DNA of 64,000 bases, taken from assembly GCF_006345805.1 (NCBI RefSeq), contig NC_043023.1, positions 21,204,001 through 21,268,000 of the forward strand. The letters run 5' to 3'. The notes beneath the pieces are model-generated. The model ran no database searches, had not been told where the DNA came from, and worked only from the letters and a program-made list of their open reading frames with translations. Origin of the DNA: Octopus sinensis (Eukaryota). Positions 47,633-61,996 of this stretch are shown piece after piece (within the stretch, counting starts at the first letter, position 1; every line of letters begins with the position of its first letter). Made by a program: the position numbers and the translations under genes.

Positions 47633-48187
47633 GACTTCCCAATTTTTCCCGAGCGTCAAGGGAATACACCTTCTTGTTGTGCCCTCACCTGTCTTCGTCT
47701 TTTGTTTACTGTAAATTTATGTGTGTGTGTGTCTGTGCGTGTGTTTACTTAAGGTTGGAATGTAGAACTTTTACTTGTGAAGAGTATCTACTAGTAATCT
47801 TTAACTAAGATCTTAATACATAAGCATTACGAAAGATGTTTTATGAATACATTTGTGTACACTACACGCCGAGACAAAGGCCGGGTGGCTGCTAGTATAT
47901 ATTATACACACACATACATGCATACATACGCATAGCAGACTTAATAACATAGGCTAAAAGAAAAATAACAGAGGGAGGAAGCGGAGGCATTGAAATAAAC
48001 ACTGGGTTTACAATTTGAAGTTCGGAAGTGTGGAAGTTGTAAAGATAATTTATGGACAGGTCAGAAAGAAAGCTAAAACAGCAAAAGGAGTGGGAGGGAG
48101 TTACTGTTACAGATAATATATACATGAAACTTTTACACACACACACACAAATTCACTTTTAATTTATAGACACACATTAATTTATAG

Positions 48188-48393
48188 AGTACTACCTAAG
48201 AAGAGTGGTCCCGGTGCGCGCAATCGCGTACTAGCGCATCCGAGCTAGCTAGTCGATCTTTACTTTGTGTTTTTGCGTTTCATTTACTTTGCTAGGTAGT
48301 CGTTGTAGGATCGACTAGTCACGACTAGCTAGCGCGGATGCGCGAGTACGCGAGTGCGCGCACCAGGACCACTCTTCTTAATTAAATGGTACC
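48188..48393. mobile_element. MITE-like foldback element
   Basis: Inverted termini AAGAAGAGTGGTCCCGGTGCGCGCA / TGCGCGCACCAGGACCACTCTTCTT; related partial copy at 53350-53548. Confidence 0.75.
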
Positions 48394-48683
48394 CAGTTTC
48401 CACAGCGCAGAAATCCACCCTTGTTAAAACATATACACAAAACCCTACCATTTCAGGCTGACTTAATAGAGACCCTACTCTGTGTTACCTCCACCTCTGT
48501 CCCCCAACAAAGCGGCCACGCCCTTGTAAGTTTCGTAACGAAAAACAAAATCATTAATTTCCTAATTGGATCACGCACATTTACGATAATTAATATCGTA
48601 TCATTAATTTATAGACACACAGACAGATGAAAGGATGTTCATTGAAGCGTTAAATGGCCCCAAATGAAATTAAAATGCCTTAC

Positions 48684-48760
48684 CTCAGTTTAGTTTTGAA
48701 CCGGTAGCAACGTACCCGGGGTCCCAATTAATTTCAAATTTTCTGTTGCCGGAAGTAGAT
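48684..48760 (-). promoter_or_regulatory. Candidate non-coding first exon / promoter of the ANK-RING-DD gene
   Basis: Strong minus-strand donor GAG/GTAAGG at 48684/48683 in apparently unique sequence, and an ETS-type CCGGAAGT at 48749-48756. No ATG; linkage to the gene is unproven. Confidence 0.3.
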
Positions 48761-49275
48761 TAAAGGTCGGATAGGAGATGGCAAGTAAGTGGAGATAACT
48801 CTCCAAATTTTATTTTGATCTAAAATACTTTTCTTTCATTTCAAAGTTTCTAATATTTACATTCTTTGTTTAGAAAGCATCTTTCCCAATGTAATTCCTC
48901 CCCCCTCTCTCTCTCCTTCTCTCTCTTCCCTCTTTCTCTGAGGACTTCACACTCTATAAGGATTCTCTCATATACATACATACACACACGCATACACATA
49001 TATCTCCCACATAAATATGTGTATAATTCTATGTCACCTTCTCTCTCTCTCTCTCTCTCTCTCTCGCTCGCTATTCTATCTCTCTCTCCTTTATATATAT
49101 ATATATATATCCTGGCGCAGCGTAACCACCACAGGAGCCTAGACAGCTGAGGAGAGACGGATTCAGTCAGCAGAACAGAAACGCCAGGTGCGGAAAGCCA
49201 GAGCACCTGCACCAAGCCAGAGCACATTCCTAACCACTTTAGTCTATTTTATACGAATATAAACTCACACATATA

Positions 49276-49318
49276 TGTCTAAAGCATTAAAGATATTTAG
49301 ACATAATATAGTTTTATA

Positions 49319-49372
<54 letters not shown>

Positions 49373-49752
49373 ACCCAGCGAACTTCCACCATGGGTCATC
49401 ACAATTGCTTAAGGTTAAAATGAATTCCTCGCTCTTTCGGAAACATCAAATTCTGTATGACCGCTTTCCACCACTTTGATCTGTTTTTTGTATTGAATAC
49501 GTATCGCCACCGTGGGCCACTGCATCGAACACTTTGAACATATACTTCAAACTATATATCAACTATACATGAACTCTAAGATGTCTGACTCCGTTGTGTA
49601 TTATAAATGAATTTCTTGTGTTTGACGGTATGAGCTGTCTCTTTTTATATATAACTTTTTTTGATAAGGTTCATTTCAGGAACTGAAACATGTTATAATG
49701 TATATTAACATTAAAAATTGTATAATACAGCAGCATTTTCGACTTCATTTTT

Positions 49753-49789
<37 letters not shown>

Positions 49790-49900
49790 GGTGTGGGTGT
49801 GTGTGTGTGTGTGGTGTGTGTGTGTGTATGTATGTGTGCGTGTGGTGGTGTGTGTGTATGAGTGTGTGTGTGTATGTGTGTGTGGTGTGTGTATGTGTGT

Positions 49901-49936
<36 letters not shown>

Positions 49937-49965
49937 TGTGTGTATGGTGTGTGTGTGTGTATGTA

Positions 49966-49996
<31 letters not shown>

Positions 49997-50504
49997 TTAA
50001 TAATATAAGGGTAAATATTAATTAATTTTAAAAAACCAACAATTATTCCCGGGTAGATTTCGGTATGTAAATATAACTATTATCGGTAGGACCTTTTAAA
50101 AAATTTATATATATATATAAAAGAGCAAGCAACAGGTTGCTTAGCCACATACCGTAAAAAATAGAAATAGCAGTCAAAGACCGTTTATTCTATCTTATAC
50201 AAATATAACTCCACTAGAAATAGCAGTCAAAGACCGTTATTTCTATTTTATACAAATATAACTCCACATACATGTATATGGAGTTATATGTGGAGTTATA
50301 TTTGTATAAAATAGAAATAAACGGTCTTGACTGCTATTTCTATTTTTTTCGGTATGTGGCTAAGCAACCTGTTACTTGCTCTTTTATATATATATATAAT
50401 TTTTTAAAAAAAGTTCCTACCGATAATAGTTATATTTACATACCGAATCTACCGGAATAAATGTTGTTTTTTTAAAATTAACAATTATTACCTTATATTA
50501 TTAA

Positions 50505-50535
<31 letters not shown>

Positions 50536-50558
50536 TACACACACACACACACACACAC

Positions 50559-50591
<33 letters not shown>

Positions 50592-50677
50592 CATATATTA
50601 TATATATATATTATATATAATATATATCCATATATATAAAAATATATTATGTCTAAACATCTTTAATGCTTTAGACA
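49276..50677. repeat. Large imperfect palindrome centred near 50273
   Basis: 49985-50270 is the reverse complement of 50280-50520, flanked by (GT)n/(AC)n and (TA)n. Outer inverted pair TGTCTAAAGCATTAAAGAT.TTTAGACATAATAT at ~49276-49310 and ~50643-50677. Confidence 0.85.
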
Positions 50678-50795
50678 TTTCCCTACCAAGAGCATTTATT
50701 TGAAATATTGTATCTCATTGAATATATTCATTAACCATACACACACTCTCTCTCTCTCTCTCTCACACCACACAACATACGTATATATATTATAT

Positions 50796-50846
<51 letters not shown>

Positions 50847-51013
50847 AGCGCAGGAGTGGCTGTGTGGTAAGTAGCTTGCTAACCAACCACTGGTTCAGTC
50901 CCACTGCGTGGCACCTTGGGCAAGTGTCTTCTGCTATAGCCCTGGGCCGACCAATGCCTTGTGAGTGGATTTGGTAGACGGAAACTGAAAGAAGCCTGTC
51001 GTATATATATATG

Positions 51014-51044
<31 letters not shown>

Positions 51045-51235
51045 ATGTGTGTGTTTGTGTGTCTGTGTTTGTTCCCCTAGCATTGCTTGACAACCGTTGC
51101 TGGTGTGTTTACGTCCCCGTCACTTAGCGGTTCGGCAAAAGGGACCGATAGAATAAGTACTGGGCTTACAAAGAATAAGTCCCGGGGTCGATTTGCTCGA
51201 CTAAAGGCGGTGTAAAGAGAGTAAAAGAGAAAGAG
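50847..51235 (+). mobile_element. tRNA-derived SINE
   Basis: Family consensus as at 30931. Confidence 0.88.
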
Positions 51236-51259
51236 AGTATATACATATACATATATATT

Positions 51260-51440
51260 TCTTATTGCCCACAAAGGGCCAAACATAGAGGGGACAGACA
51301 CCAGTGCGTAACTGGTACTTTATTTACCGACCCCAAAAGGCTGAAAGGCAAAGTCGACCTCGGCGGAATTTGAACTCACAACGTAACGACAGACGAAATA
51401 CGGCTACGCATTTCGCCCAGACTGCTAACGTTTCTGCCAT
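51260..51440 (-). mobile_element. Meta-core SINE fragment
   Basis: Reverse complement of the 3760-4410 family. Confidence 0.75.
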
Positions 51441-51449
51441 GCGTGTATA

Positions 51450-51485
<36 letters not shown>

Positions 51486-51531
51486 ATCTATATATACATA
51501 ATACACAAGTATGTCTGTGTGTGAATTGTGT

Positions 51532-51567
<36 letters not shown>

Positions 51568-52259
51568 ATCATGTTACTACAATGCATAGACGTAGGCCAA
51601 TAAAACCGCAACGCGCCTTTAACAACAAAATGTGTTCGGCTTTTATTGCTCACGAAATCCAAAACGATTTCAATGGGTTAATAATATACAATCAACATGC
51701 GTAGGTGTTGCCCACCCTTTCTCTCTTCCTATCTCTCTCTCTCTCTCTCTCTCTGTCACACCCATACATATACACATAGCTCTTTGGACAATTAAGGTAA
51801 AACTAGGTCACAGCTGTAATTTCAGAAATTCCTCTGAGTGAAGGAGTGACAGAATATTGAGAGATAAGAATGAAAGGCAACCAACAAAGAGAAAATACAA
51901 TGAGTCGCTTTATTGGCTGCCCTGAATGACCTCCTGCTTAACATTAAATATATTCTTAAGAACTGAATACAATTTATTCATCCGCGCGACCCAGAGCCAG
52001 AATGAAATGGCTTTTGGGAGTCCTACACCTGGAAATATTCTGTCTTTCTGCAAGGTACAGATTTTTCTTGTCTTATATCTTGTCATAAGATAGAGTTTAC
52101 GTATCTGTGTATGGATAGGTGGATAGATGCATGTTTATATATTATTGTTATGTTACAATACAACATAGAGATTCGTTACCCAGACATAAACAGACAAATT
52201 GATGAAATCACGAACGTAGATTCAGTTGTATATACACTGACATCCATGCTTTTAAATGT

Positions 52260-52800
52260 CTCTCTGCCTGCCTCTCTGCCTACCTATCTATATCTGTCTC
52301 TATCTATTCATATATCTGCTCTCTCTCTGCTCTCTCTCTCTCTATTTACATACTATTTCTCTCTCTATCGTTCTCTCTATCTTTCTCTCTCTCTCTCTAT
52401 CTACCTCGTTATCTTTCTATCTGTCTTTCTCTTTCTCTATCTATCTCCCTCTCTATCTATCTATCTCCCTATCTCTCTCTATCTATTTATCTCCTCTCTC
52501 TCTATCTATCTATCTATCTCCTCTCTCTCTAGCTATCTATCTCCCTCTCTCTCTCTCTATCTATTTATCTCCTCTCTCTCTATCTATTATCTCTCTCTCT
52601 CCATCTATCTATCTCCTCTCTCTCTCTCTAGCTATCTATCTCCCCCTCTCTCTCTCTATCTATTTATCTCCCTCTCTCTCTAGCTAGCTATCTCCTCTCT
52701 CTCTAGCTATCTATCTCTCTCTCTCTCTATCCATTTCCCCCTCTCTCTATCTATCTCCCTCTCTCTCTTTCTATCTCCCTCTCTGTCTATCTATCTCCCT
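52260..52800. repeat. (CT)n/(CTAT)n low-complexity tract
   Basis: Direct inspection. Confidence 0.9.
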
Positions 52801-52815
52801 CGCTACGGAAAATGG

Positions 52816-53345
52816 GATTTTTTGTAGCGGTGTCAAATGAAATTGTCACCCATGGTTATGACCCTAGTATCGATCTATTGCATTTCAATCTATTTTAGGG
52901 TTAGGTTTAGAGTTATGGTTAGGGTTAGGGTTGGAGGAAGGAGAAGGGTATCTTTTTTTCTTCACAAATGTAAATAAACCCAATCTGTTTCTTAAACGAG
53001 GGACATATTCATACAGCACGGAATGTTAAAATTGCTGAAATGCTCGAAATTAAAGTCGAAATATCTTACAACATATAGAATTTTCTCAATAGTAGAAGAC
53101 ACTTGCCCAAGGTGCCACGCAGTGGGACTGAACCCGGAACCATGTGGTAAGTAAGCAAGCTACTTACCACACAGCCACTCCTGCGCCTATTTATTTACAT
53201 TTCTGAACAAAAAAGTTATCCTTCCACCCACCCTTAACCCTAAAACAGATTGAAATGCAATAGATTGATACTAGGGTCATAATTATGGGTGACAATTTCA
53301 TATGACACCGCTACAAAAAACTGCCGTTCAAACCGAAAAGATCCA
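52816..53345. mobile_element. MITE with ~85-bp TIRs and internal TTAGGG-like repeats, containing a SINE fragment
   Basis: TTTTTGTAGCGGTGTCA..GACCCTAGTATC..TTTTAGGGTTA and its reverse complement at 53234-53320; SINE head inverted at 53090-53190; related fragment at 59250-59315. Confidence 0.78.
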
Positions 53346-56300
53346 AAAACTTATTTATTTTGTGTTTTATTTACTTTGCTAGGAAGTCGTTGTAGGATCG
53401 ACTAGTCACGACTAGATAGCACGGACACAAAATAAATAATTTTTTAAAGCAAAGTAAATAAAACTCAAAAACGCAAAGAAAAGATCGACTAGTCATGACT
53501 AGCTAATGCGAGTGCGCGCACCGGGACCACTGTTCTCAAGTAGTACCCCATGGTTTTTATGAAATGAACTATTTTGACTTTCTTCTTTTTTTGTTTGAGT
53601 GGAATAAAAAAATCTTTTTAGTCAATTGATATTTTTTAGGTTTTTAGTCGCACGACACACTTTAGAATTCTTAGCCAATTATATAAACCTTCTTGATAAG
53701 CCATTCTGTATATCTGTATTTTTATTTGCATGTATATTTTTTACCTTCTGTATTTTTTTTTATATATGTATTCTTTTTATGTTTAAAGGCCAGGGTAGTA
53801 TTTAGATCTGATCAAATGTTTGATAAGAGACGGTGTTATGTATAAAGTTGTTGACTCGAATTTCATGTTTCTTCTCTGATCGATGTTTCTTTATCTCTCT
53901 CTGTCTCAATTACACATGAGCACTTCCTTTTTGCAGCCTTATAAACCCTCTTTATCTCTATAAAAAGCGGCAAAAATTATATATGTGTGTGTGTATATAA
54001 TCAGAGGTGAAAGGTTCAAATCTAGTCCCCAGATTCAAGAGGTCGTAACGTAATCCCTTTAGTCAGCTGATAGAAACGATTTATCTAAATTAAGAGAGGA
54101 CATTGCCAATTTGTTATCTCTCTGGCAGTCATACAAAATGTACCAGTCAAATACTGGGGTAAAAATCAATCCATTAACACCAGTCCAATATAATCAGCAT
54201 ATTACGTTCATTTCTCCAAGTTTGTATGTGTCAGACGACTTCTCCAACAGTCGTTGTGGTTGTTTGTCAGGTTTAATCGCTTGTTTTCTTCCACTTGAAT
54301 TCCAGGCACTTCTTTATCCAAATTTCTTTTACCATATCCCTTCTAAATCTATACTATATTGTGCACTATCACAGATTCTTCTGAGACCCAGTTTTCCCTA
54401 ACCCCAGGTTTTCAACACATTAACATTACATTCTAGTGAAATATGCTCACCTCATTTCTTACCAGTTTTCATGCATCCTCTACATTAAATGCATCATTGC
54501 ACTTTACAAATAACATCATGCAATCTCTCCTTCGTTGGAGACAGAATCCCTTAGTTGTCAGTAGACATAACAGTTCCCTGTACATTTTCCATCTCATTTT
54601 TCCTCTAAGCACTGCACTTTGAGAATAGACCTCCACCCACCCACTTCTAATTATGTCTCCTAGGTTAGAGAAACTATAGGTCTTTCATACTTGTTCTTAC
54701 TACAAACTAATCCCGTGTATCTGCTACTTAAAAAGTCCTTCCCCAACCCTAACCCGTCCTCCCTGTAAACTTGCCTGTGATACCACTGCACCTATTGTGT
54801 TGTTTAGATAAACCATATAGAATTCCTATTAACCCCTTTTCTCTCCCCTGCATATAAATTGTGATAACTTTCCAGATGATGTAGATGTTTGAGGATGCAG
54901 GGATTCTTTCAGGACCCAAGTGTTGTAGGTGTACGGTGTAGATGTTCTGTTATTGCTTACAAACTAAAACTTTTCTCATTGCTTTGTTTACTCTTGGGCC
55001 TCTCCTGTAGGAGATTCTTTTGAAATTGTGGCCTTCAGCCAGTGAAGTAATTCCTTTTTAGGAATCAGTATTTCAAAAACTAACTTTTGAGCTGGTATCT
55101 TCTATAATATGTAATATACCTAACAGTGTTATATTTTTACTTTGTGCCGTTGAAGTCATTCCCCACTTTCGAGATATTTCTGAATTTTGATAAACTTTAA
55201 TTATTTACTAATGATAGGAGGGACCACATCACAGATGACTATTTCACTCTTTGAATATGGGATGTTATCAAAACGACTGAAATTGAGTTTCTCTGAAGAG
55301 TCTCTGGAGTAACGCATCCAGCTTCGGAATTTGGGTGTGTCTCCAGGCCAAACGACTGCTTCTCTGCATTGAGAGGTCACAGCTGCTTCAATACTACCGG
55401 CATGTGATTAAAATGTCCCAGAAAAGAATCAAAAGAGGGATTCATCGAGCTGAGACAACTGACAAGAGACCTAGGGTTAAACCAAGAAAAATGTTTTGCA
55501 TAAAACCCATTGTTTCAATCGGTTGTGCTTGGAAATCCTCTCAGAATGTCTAATCAAGGTTACTTTAGATAGGATCGTATGAAGGAGGTGCCTGAGGACT
55601 CTACCCCTATAACCTTCCTATGAAGAGAAGGCAAAGCATTTGAATGGATAGATGAAATGGTGTAACTATTGGTTGTCTTTGTTGATTCTTGAGCTTTTCG
55701 TATACTGCTGCCCACACAAACACTTCTCCTGCCAGTTGTTTACCAGAAGATTTCTCATGTGTTACTTTCAATTTTATTCGATTTTAAAATGTTTTCTCCA
55801 ATTCCAGCTTTTATTTCAACTTGTTTGTTATTTTTCTCAAAATCTTTAGAAACAGATAACAATGTCTTCTAATTTCCGTGTTTCTTCAGTATTTCTTTCG
55901 TCTATTCACGTAATTTCTTTTCAAATCTATAATTTACATTTCACAGGTTTTATATTATCGTTAATGCTTTTTCAATTATTTCTTGTTGCATCTTTTGCAG
56001 GAAGGGAATTAGAAATTACACAAGATGACCTGGAAATCATCAAGATTGACCATTTTGGAACAAGGCTCTCAGATGCTGCTCAAATGGTTTCAAAGTTGCG
56101 ATCCAGCGAAACGTACACCTCAAACATTAAAAGAAGCTCTTTTAGAAACCGAATGTTTCACGGCGCTTGAATGTTTATTATCAGACTTCAGTTGAATTTC
56201 TTGTAAATATTGCTGTTGTTTAATCCCAAGTCTACCTTCACCACACACATACCTATGATTAAATGCCTTCCATCCAGGACCATCATGTTTTCCTTGTCTA

Positions 56301-56686
56301 ATGTGTCATTCTTTAAGATGATAAGTGATGAATAGAGTAGGATTCGGCTACTAATTCTAGCAGATATATTTACCACATGGAGATCCCTTTATTTGTTTAG
56401 CTCCCTTTTTGTTGGAGATTAACTTTGGAAATAAAGATTGAAATTTCATTTGTTGTTGGCGTTGTTGTTGTAAGCCCCGGCATGTCCCTAAATACGTCCA
56501 TTGTTATATAAACAGTTTAAATATCCTGTGGGATGTTCCCAAAAATGAAGAGTGTAATTCCATTTAGTGAAACATACTTAAAATGCATATTTTGTTTTCA
56601 AGTAGAACCTCCTTGTGGACAGAATTGTCAGTAAATATACAGTTTCTATTTCTGTCAGCCAATAGTTTTACATTAGGCTTCATCCA

Positions 56687-57420
56687 AACTCTAGAAAGTG
56701 AAACTTACAGCTGACCACGGGAGAAGAATTGTGTTGGAAGATATATTCCAATTTGTTTAAATGCCTGTCTCTGTGCCTTGTTGCATGTCAAGGGAAAGAG
56801 TGGTTCCACAGGAAATTGTTTGTATGGTAACTATGAATGGGAACTCCATTCCTTGAGACCCATTTGGAATCCCTGAGATTGATCCTGCAAAAGAACCACA
56901 AGCAACCCCAGCAGCAATAATAAGATCTTGGAAGCAGATGATAACGTAGCCTGTGTCATTGCAATGGTCTTGTTTAGCATCTAAATTCTTCAATAACCTA
57001 ATGCAGCCTCTTGTCTTTTGTGTGAGAATATGTCCATGGAAATCGTGATGGTAGGAGTTTGTTGATGAATTTGATTAGGTACAGAGCTTCAATATCAACT
57101 GTATCTGAGCTTCTGCATATCTTTACTTCGCCAAGGATCCTGGTCAATAATGAATTCATTTACAAACTGTGATATTTCATTTGTTGGAGTAATAATGGGT
57201 CTGTTTGCAAGCCACATGGGCGTGTGAAATTATTTGCAAGACAACATACATAAAACTTGACAGGCCAAAGTTGTAAAGCAGGTGATTTTGGATGCACCTA
57301 GACTTTGTTCGACAGAAATATCACCATTTCCTGCATCAAAATGGTGATTAACAAACTCTTTTTCATCAGAATGACCTTTTGCAAGAAGTCTTAGATTGGT
57401 TCCTATCTTCACTATTTCTA
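56687..57420 (-). pseudogene. Second, older Helitron PIF1-like helicase fragment
   Basis: Minus-strand QFPVEPLFPLTCNKAQRQAFKQIGIYLPTQFFSRGQL*VSLSRV is a decayed helicase motif V-VI (FAMTINKAQGQT..VGIYL....FSHGQLYVALSRV). Confidence 0.78.
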
Positions 57421-57444
57421 CTCAATCCTCAAGAAATTATTTCT

Positions 57445-58220
57445 TTACTGCCCACAAAGGGCTAGACATAGAGGGGACAAACAAGGACAGGTCAATGGAT
57501 TAAGTCGATTACATCGACCCCAGTGCGTAACTGGTACTTAATTTATCGACCCCGAAAGGATGAAAGGCAAAGGTGACATCGGCGGTATTTGAACTCAGAA
57601 CGTAACGTCAGACGACATACCGCTAAGTGTTTGGCCTGGCGTGCTAACGATTCTGCCAGCTCGCCGCCCTTGAGTGATAATATTATTAACAGAATTATCA
57701 TTATAATGCTTTCAATCTTTTGCACAGGGCCAGAAAGTTCGTGGGAGGGGGTAAGACGATTACCTCCGCCCCAGTACACACTGGTACCTACTTTATTGAC
57801 CTGAAAGAATCAAAGACTAAGTTGACTTCGGCATTATTTGAATTCAATCACTACACTACTGATAATCTTTTCTAGTCTAGGTGCAAGTCCCGAAATTTTG
57901 GGGGAGTGGGGCCAATCGATTAGATCGACTTCAGTACGCAACAGGTACTTAATTTATCAACCCCGGAAGGATGAAAGGCAAAGTTGACCTCGGTGGAGTT
58001 TAAACTCAGAAAGTAGCAGCAGACGAAATACCTATTTCTTTACTACCCACAAGAGGCTATACACAGAGGGGACAAACAAGGACAGACAAACGGATGAAGT
58101 CGATTACATCGACACCAGTGCAAACTGGTACTTAATTTATTGACCCCTCGGCGGAATTTGAACTCAGAACGTATAGACGGACAAAGTGCCGCTAAGCGTT
58201 TAGTCTGACGTTCTAACCCT
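57445..58220 (-). mobile_element. Cluster of Meta-core SINE copies
   Basis: Repeated CTGGTACTTAATTTATCGACCCC..AGGATGAAAGGCAAAG.TGAC.TCGGCGG..TTTGAACTCAGAAC. Confidence 0.8.
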
Positions 58221-59697
58221 TCTGACAGATCGCCACCTCGTAGATACTACAATACTAATATCCGAATAATAAGCAATCTACAATACTAATAATTACTACA
58301 ATACTAATAATAATTTATTTAACTATTTTCATCTTCCCTTCTGCCACTGAGGATAACAAATGTGTCCATTCCTTATTTTTAGAGACAATATCATCCTCAA
58401 ATCCAAAGTAATTTTCCAAGAAATTCTTTCTCAAATTCTTATATTTTCTGCAGCAAGATTAAATTACGATTCTGATTTTTCTTTTAATTTCAGTTTTCCC
58501 CTGCTCCCTTCCTAACAGAATTAAGCAATATAACACATTAACACACTTTCATTGTTGTGTCATCAACAGCATTCCCAAACATTTTAACCTGCTAGAAATA
58601 ACAGCCACATCTCCAGGGCTTATTTGAGTCAACGAGAGGAGGCAAAGGAGAGGACTTTCGACCTGACCCAAGACTTACACAATTCTATAGACAGGCCAGA
58701 GAAGATCTTTCGATAGGCTACACAAAGAGACTAAATTAAAATATTGGAATAAGAAATGCTTAACATTCTCAAGTTTGACAGAAAAAACACAATCATGCCA
58801 GCAAGTTACGTTTGTTGAAAAGAAATGTTTCACCCTTTAAAAGAAAATCACTCAGCCAAAATGCACAAATGATAATACTTGTGTTAACAACACAGCAAGC
58901 TTTTTCCATGAGGAAACTGTGAAAGGCAAGAAAGAAGACCAAGACAACACAACAATAACAGTAACAAACTGCCAGCATTACATGGACATGTGGCAACCAC
59001 TTATGATTTCACAAACAAAAATGTGAGGAAACTCAGATTCTAAAATCACAGCTTGCATCGAAGTTTCAGCAGAACTTCACATTTTACATACGTAAAGCAA
59101 AGCATGAAAGAACAAACCCAACAAGGGTTGAGGAAAAAGACTACTGACAACATGTGGCATTCTTTCGATATGAGTCCCATTTATATCACGTGTAATTGTT
59201 TACATTTGAAGAAGACCGTCACATTCCGTAAAATTTTTATTTTTTTATATATGTGGGGTTAGGGTTAGGGGTGGGGGAAGGGTATCCTTTTTCTTCAGAA
59301 ATGTAAATAAACCCAAGTGACAGTTATGTTACTAGTACCGAATGATCGCCCAACATGTTATCTGCGATCAACGAAATGCTGAGAGAACCACTAGGATACA
59401 TACGTTACATTAAATACATATGTACATTAATACATACGTGCACATAGATACACGCACATATACCTATATATACATCCATACACACAAGCAAATTGATACA
59501 TACACAGGTATACAAATATACATAAACATATATACATATGTACATACGTAGTGGCCGTATGGTAAGTAGCCTGCTTACCAACCACATGGTTCCGGGTTCA
59601 GTCCCACTGCGTGGCACCTTGGGTAAGAGTCTTCTACTAAAGCCTCGGACCAACCAAAGCCTTGAGAGTGGAATTGTATATATATATGTATATATAT

Positions 59698-59729
<32 letters not shown>

Positions 59730-59771
59730 CCCTAACCTTTATTACCCTTAAGGACCACAAAGCTGAATTTA

Positions 59772-59802
<31 letters not shown>

Positions 59803-60431
59803 CCATATATGTATGGACATGTATATATGTGTTTATATGTATATATACGTATACGCACAAAGACAGTCGTACATCTCCCACAAGCACATGCGCACACACA
59901 CTCCTAAAGTATTATATACACGCATGCACAGTCACACATAGCGGCACATAGAAATTGAAACAGTGTGCACCGGCGCCACCGACAGCAATAACAACATGAA
60001 GCCTTTTGACCTAATTCACACTAACTTTGTCAACAAAATACGAACCCCAAATTAATGGGAATTTAATGACATAATTTCAAACTAATTAACGACAGAAAAT
60101 ATTTATGAAAGATTAATGTATAGCAAGTTAATAGCGACAGACAGACAGACAAATACGTGTGTGTTGGGGGGTTATGCAGAGCCTTAGAATGTTCGATATG
60201 TTACTTTGTGCTAATCCTTCCAATTCTCTGATTTCTCAGTTCAAATCCCATCAACATCTTCTTCCTTCGTTTCAGGGTTTCAAGATCCAGTTCTGGGGTT
60301 GATGCTTCCTTTTCTCCAACTTTATCTTTCCGTTGGCCCCTTTCTCTCATTCAGGAAGAAATGAGATGATGCCTGACATGGAAGAGGATGTGTGTATATA
60401 TATATATATATATAATATATATATATATATA

Positions 60432-60483
<52 letters not shown>

Positions 60484-60751
60484 GTATTATATACATTATA
60501 TATATATATACAAACATATTAGAGGGATGACCTGTAAGCGGACATCCATTATGCTAGAAGTAGATCCGCTATGGTCTTACCACTAAGAAAGAAATGTTCT
60601 CAAGAAAAATTACCAAACACCAGAACGTAGCGAGCAAGACAAATGAAAAGATACGATATATATTTATATGTATATACATATTATATATATATATATATAT
60701 ATAATATATATATATATAAATATGTATATACATATAAATATATGACCCCGC

Positions 60752-60832
<81 letters not shown>

Positions 60833-61613
60833 ATATTATGGTGAATGAAGAAATGGGGGGTTTCCTTGACAAGGCAGGCTTAGATGAACACACACACACA
60901 TATAAAACATAATATAATATTTTTTTCTGCCACCCAACGGTTCTCACTGCAGTAGCCACTGACAGCCGAACGATCAAACGCACACACGTACACAAAAAAT
61001 GTTTTCTACCCCTACGCCAGCACACACATATATAGAACAGTAGACACACACACGTCTCTAAGTAGATTTTTTCTCGCCCCTTATAAAACATCCATATTCC
61101 TTAAATAGTCAGAACTTTATTCTCGGTCACAAAGAACATCTACACACCCTCACCCACATGATTGACCGATGCCTGACCTGTTAAATTCTTCAGCCACCGG
61201 TTCTCAACATACTCTGATAAACAGTTTCGCCATGGGCTCTTAGGAGCCTAGTTCGATTTGTTGCTCGCAGCCTCTGTTCTGTTTTGTTTTTTCCAACGGA
61301 TTTCCTATTTTCTTCCTGAAGAGAAAGACACAATATGGTCCCATTATTCAATCGGATTTTGGTAAATTGTGCCTTTCGAAACACGTGTAGAATGAATTAA
61401 AACGATTTCTGTTCAATCTGCGTTCAGCTCCATTTCTTCAATTCACCAATAATATTTTAATATTTTAATTTCAATTATCCGCACCAACGCACGGTTGCAA
61501 CACCATATGGTTGTACCTCCAATCGTGCTGTTTACTGCTGTGATTTTTGCTACCAAGGTATCGGTTAAACTTTTGATTAATCTACTACAAGATTATTCAT
61601 CTTTCTATTTCAC

Positions 61614-61656
<43 letters not shown>

Positions 61657-61933
61657 ACAATTGGGGGTAAAATTAATTAATTAATCAATTTCACCAAGTG
61701 TTCAGTATGTAAAAGGACCATTTAAGGCGAATTCAAAATATTACATTATATAATTAGGGCTTAGTAAAATAAATTACTTTGCCACATACTGAACTAAGTA
61801 GAAATAGCAGCCAAAAAAATTTTCTTAGCATTTCTACTACTTAAAGAAAAATTTCTCTCAGATAATGTTTACTCTAGACAGCTCACGAAGGTTTGGGGGT
61901 AAATACAGAAAAATATCACAAGTACATAGATCG

Positions 61934-61996
61934 TTTGAGTACGTCAACGTTTCAAGATTAGCCAAATAAAATCAGCATTTCTATCGTCAGCTCAAA
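61934..61996 (-). ncRNA. Type-I hammerhead ribozyme
   Basis: Minus strand tttgag-CTGACGA-(stem II aga..gctga/ttggc..tct)-GAAAC-gttgac-GTA^ctcaaa. Confidence 0.82.

Noticed and set aside
49111-49187. CCTGGCG...CTGAGGA...GAAACGCCAGG, a possible type-III hammerhead
   Set aside because: Cleavage triplet is GCA rather than NUH, and stems I and II do not pair.
52894-52932. TTAGGG-like repeats suggesting an interstitial telomere
   Set aside because: Few, degenerate and internal to a MITE family also seen at ~59257.
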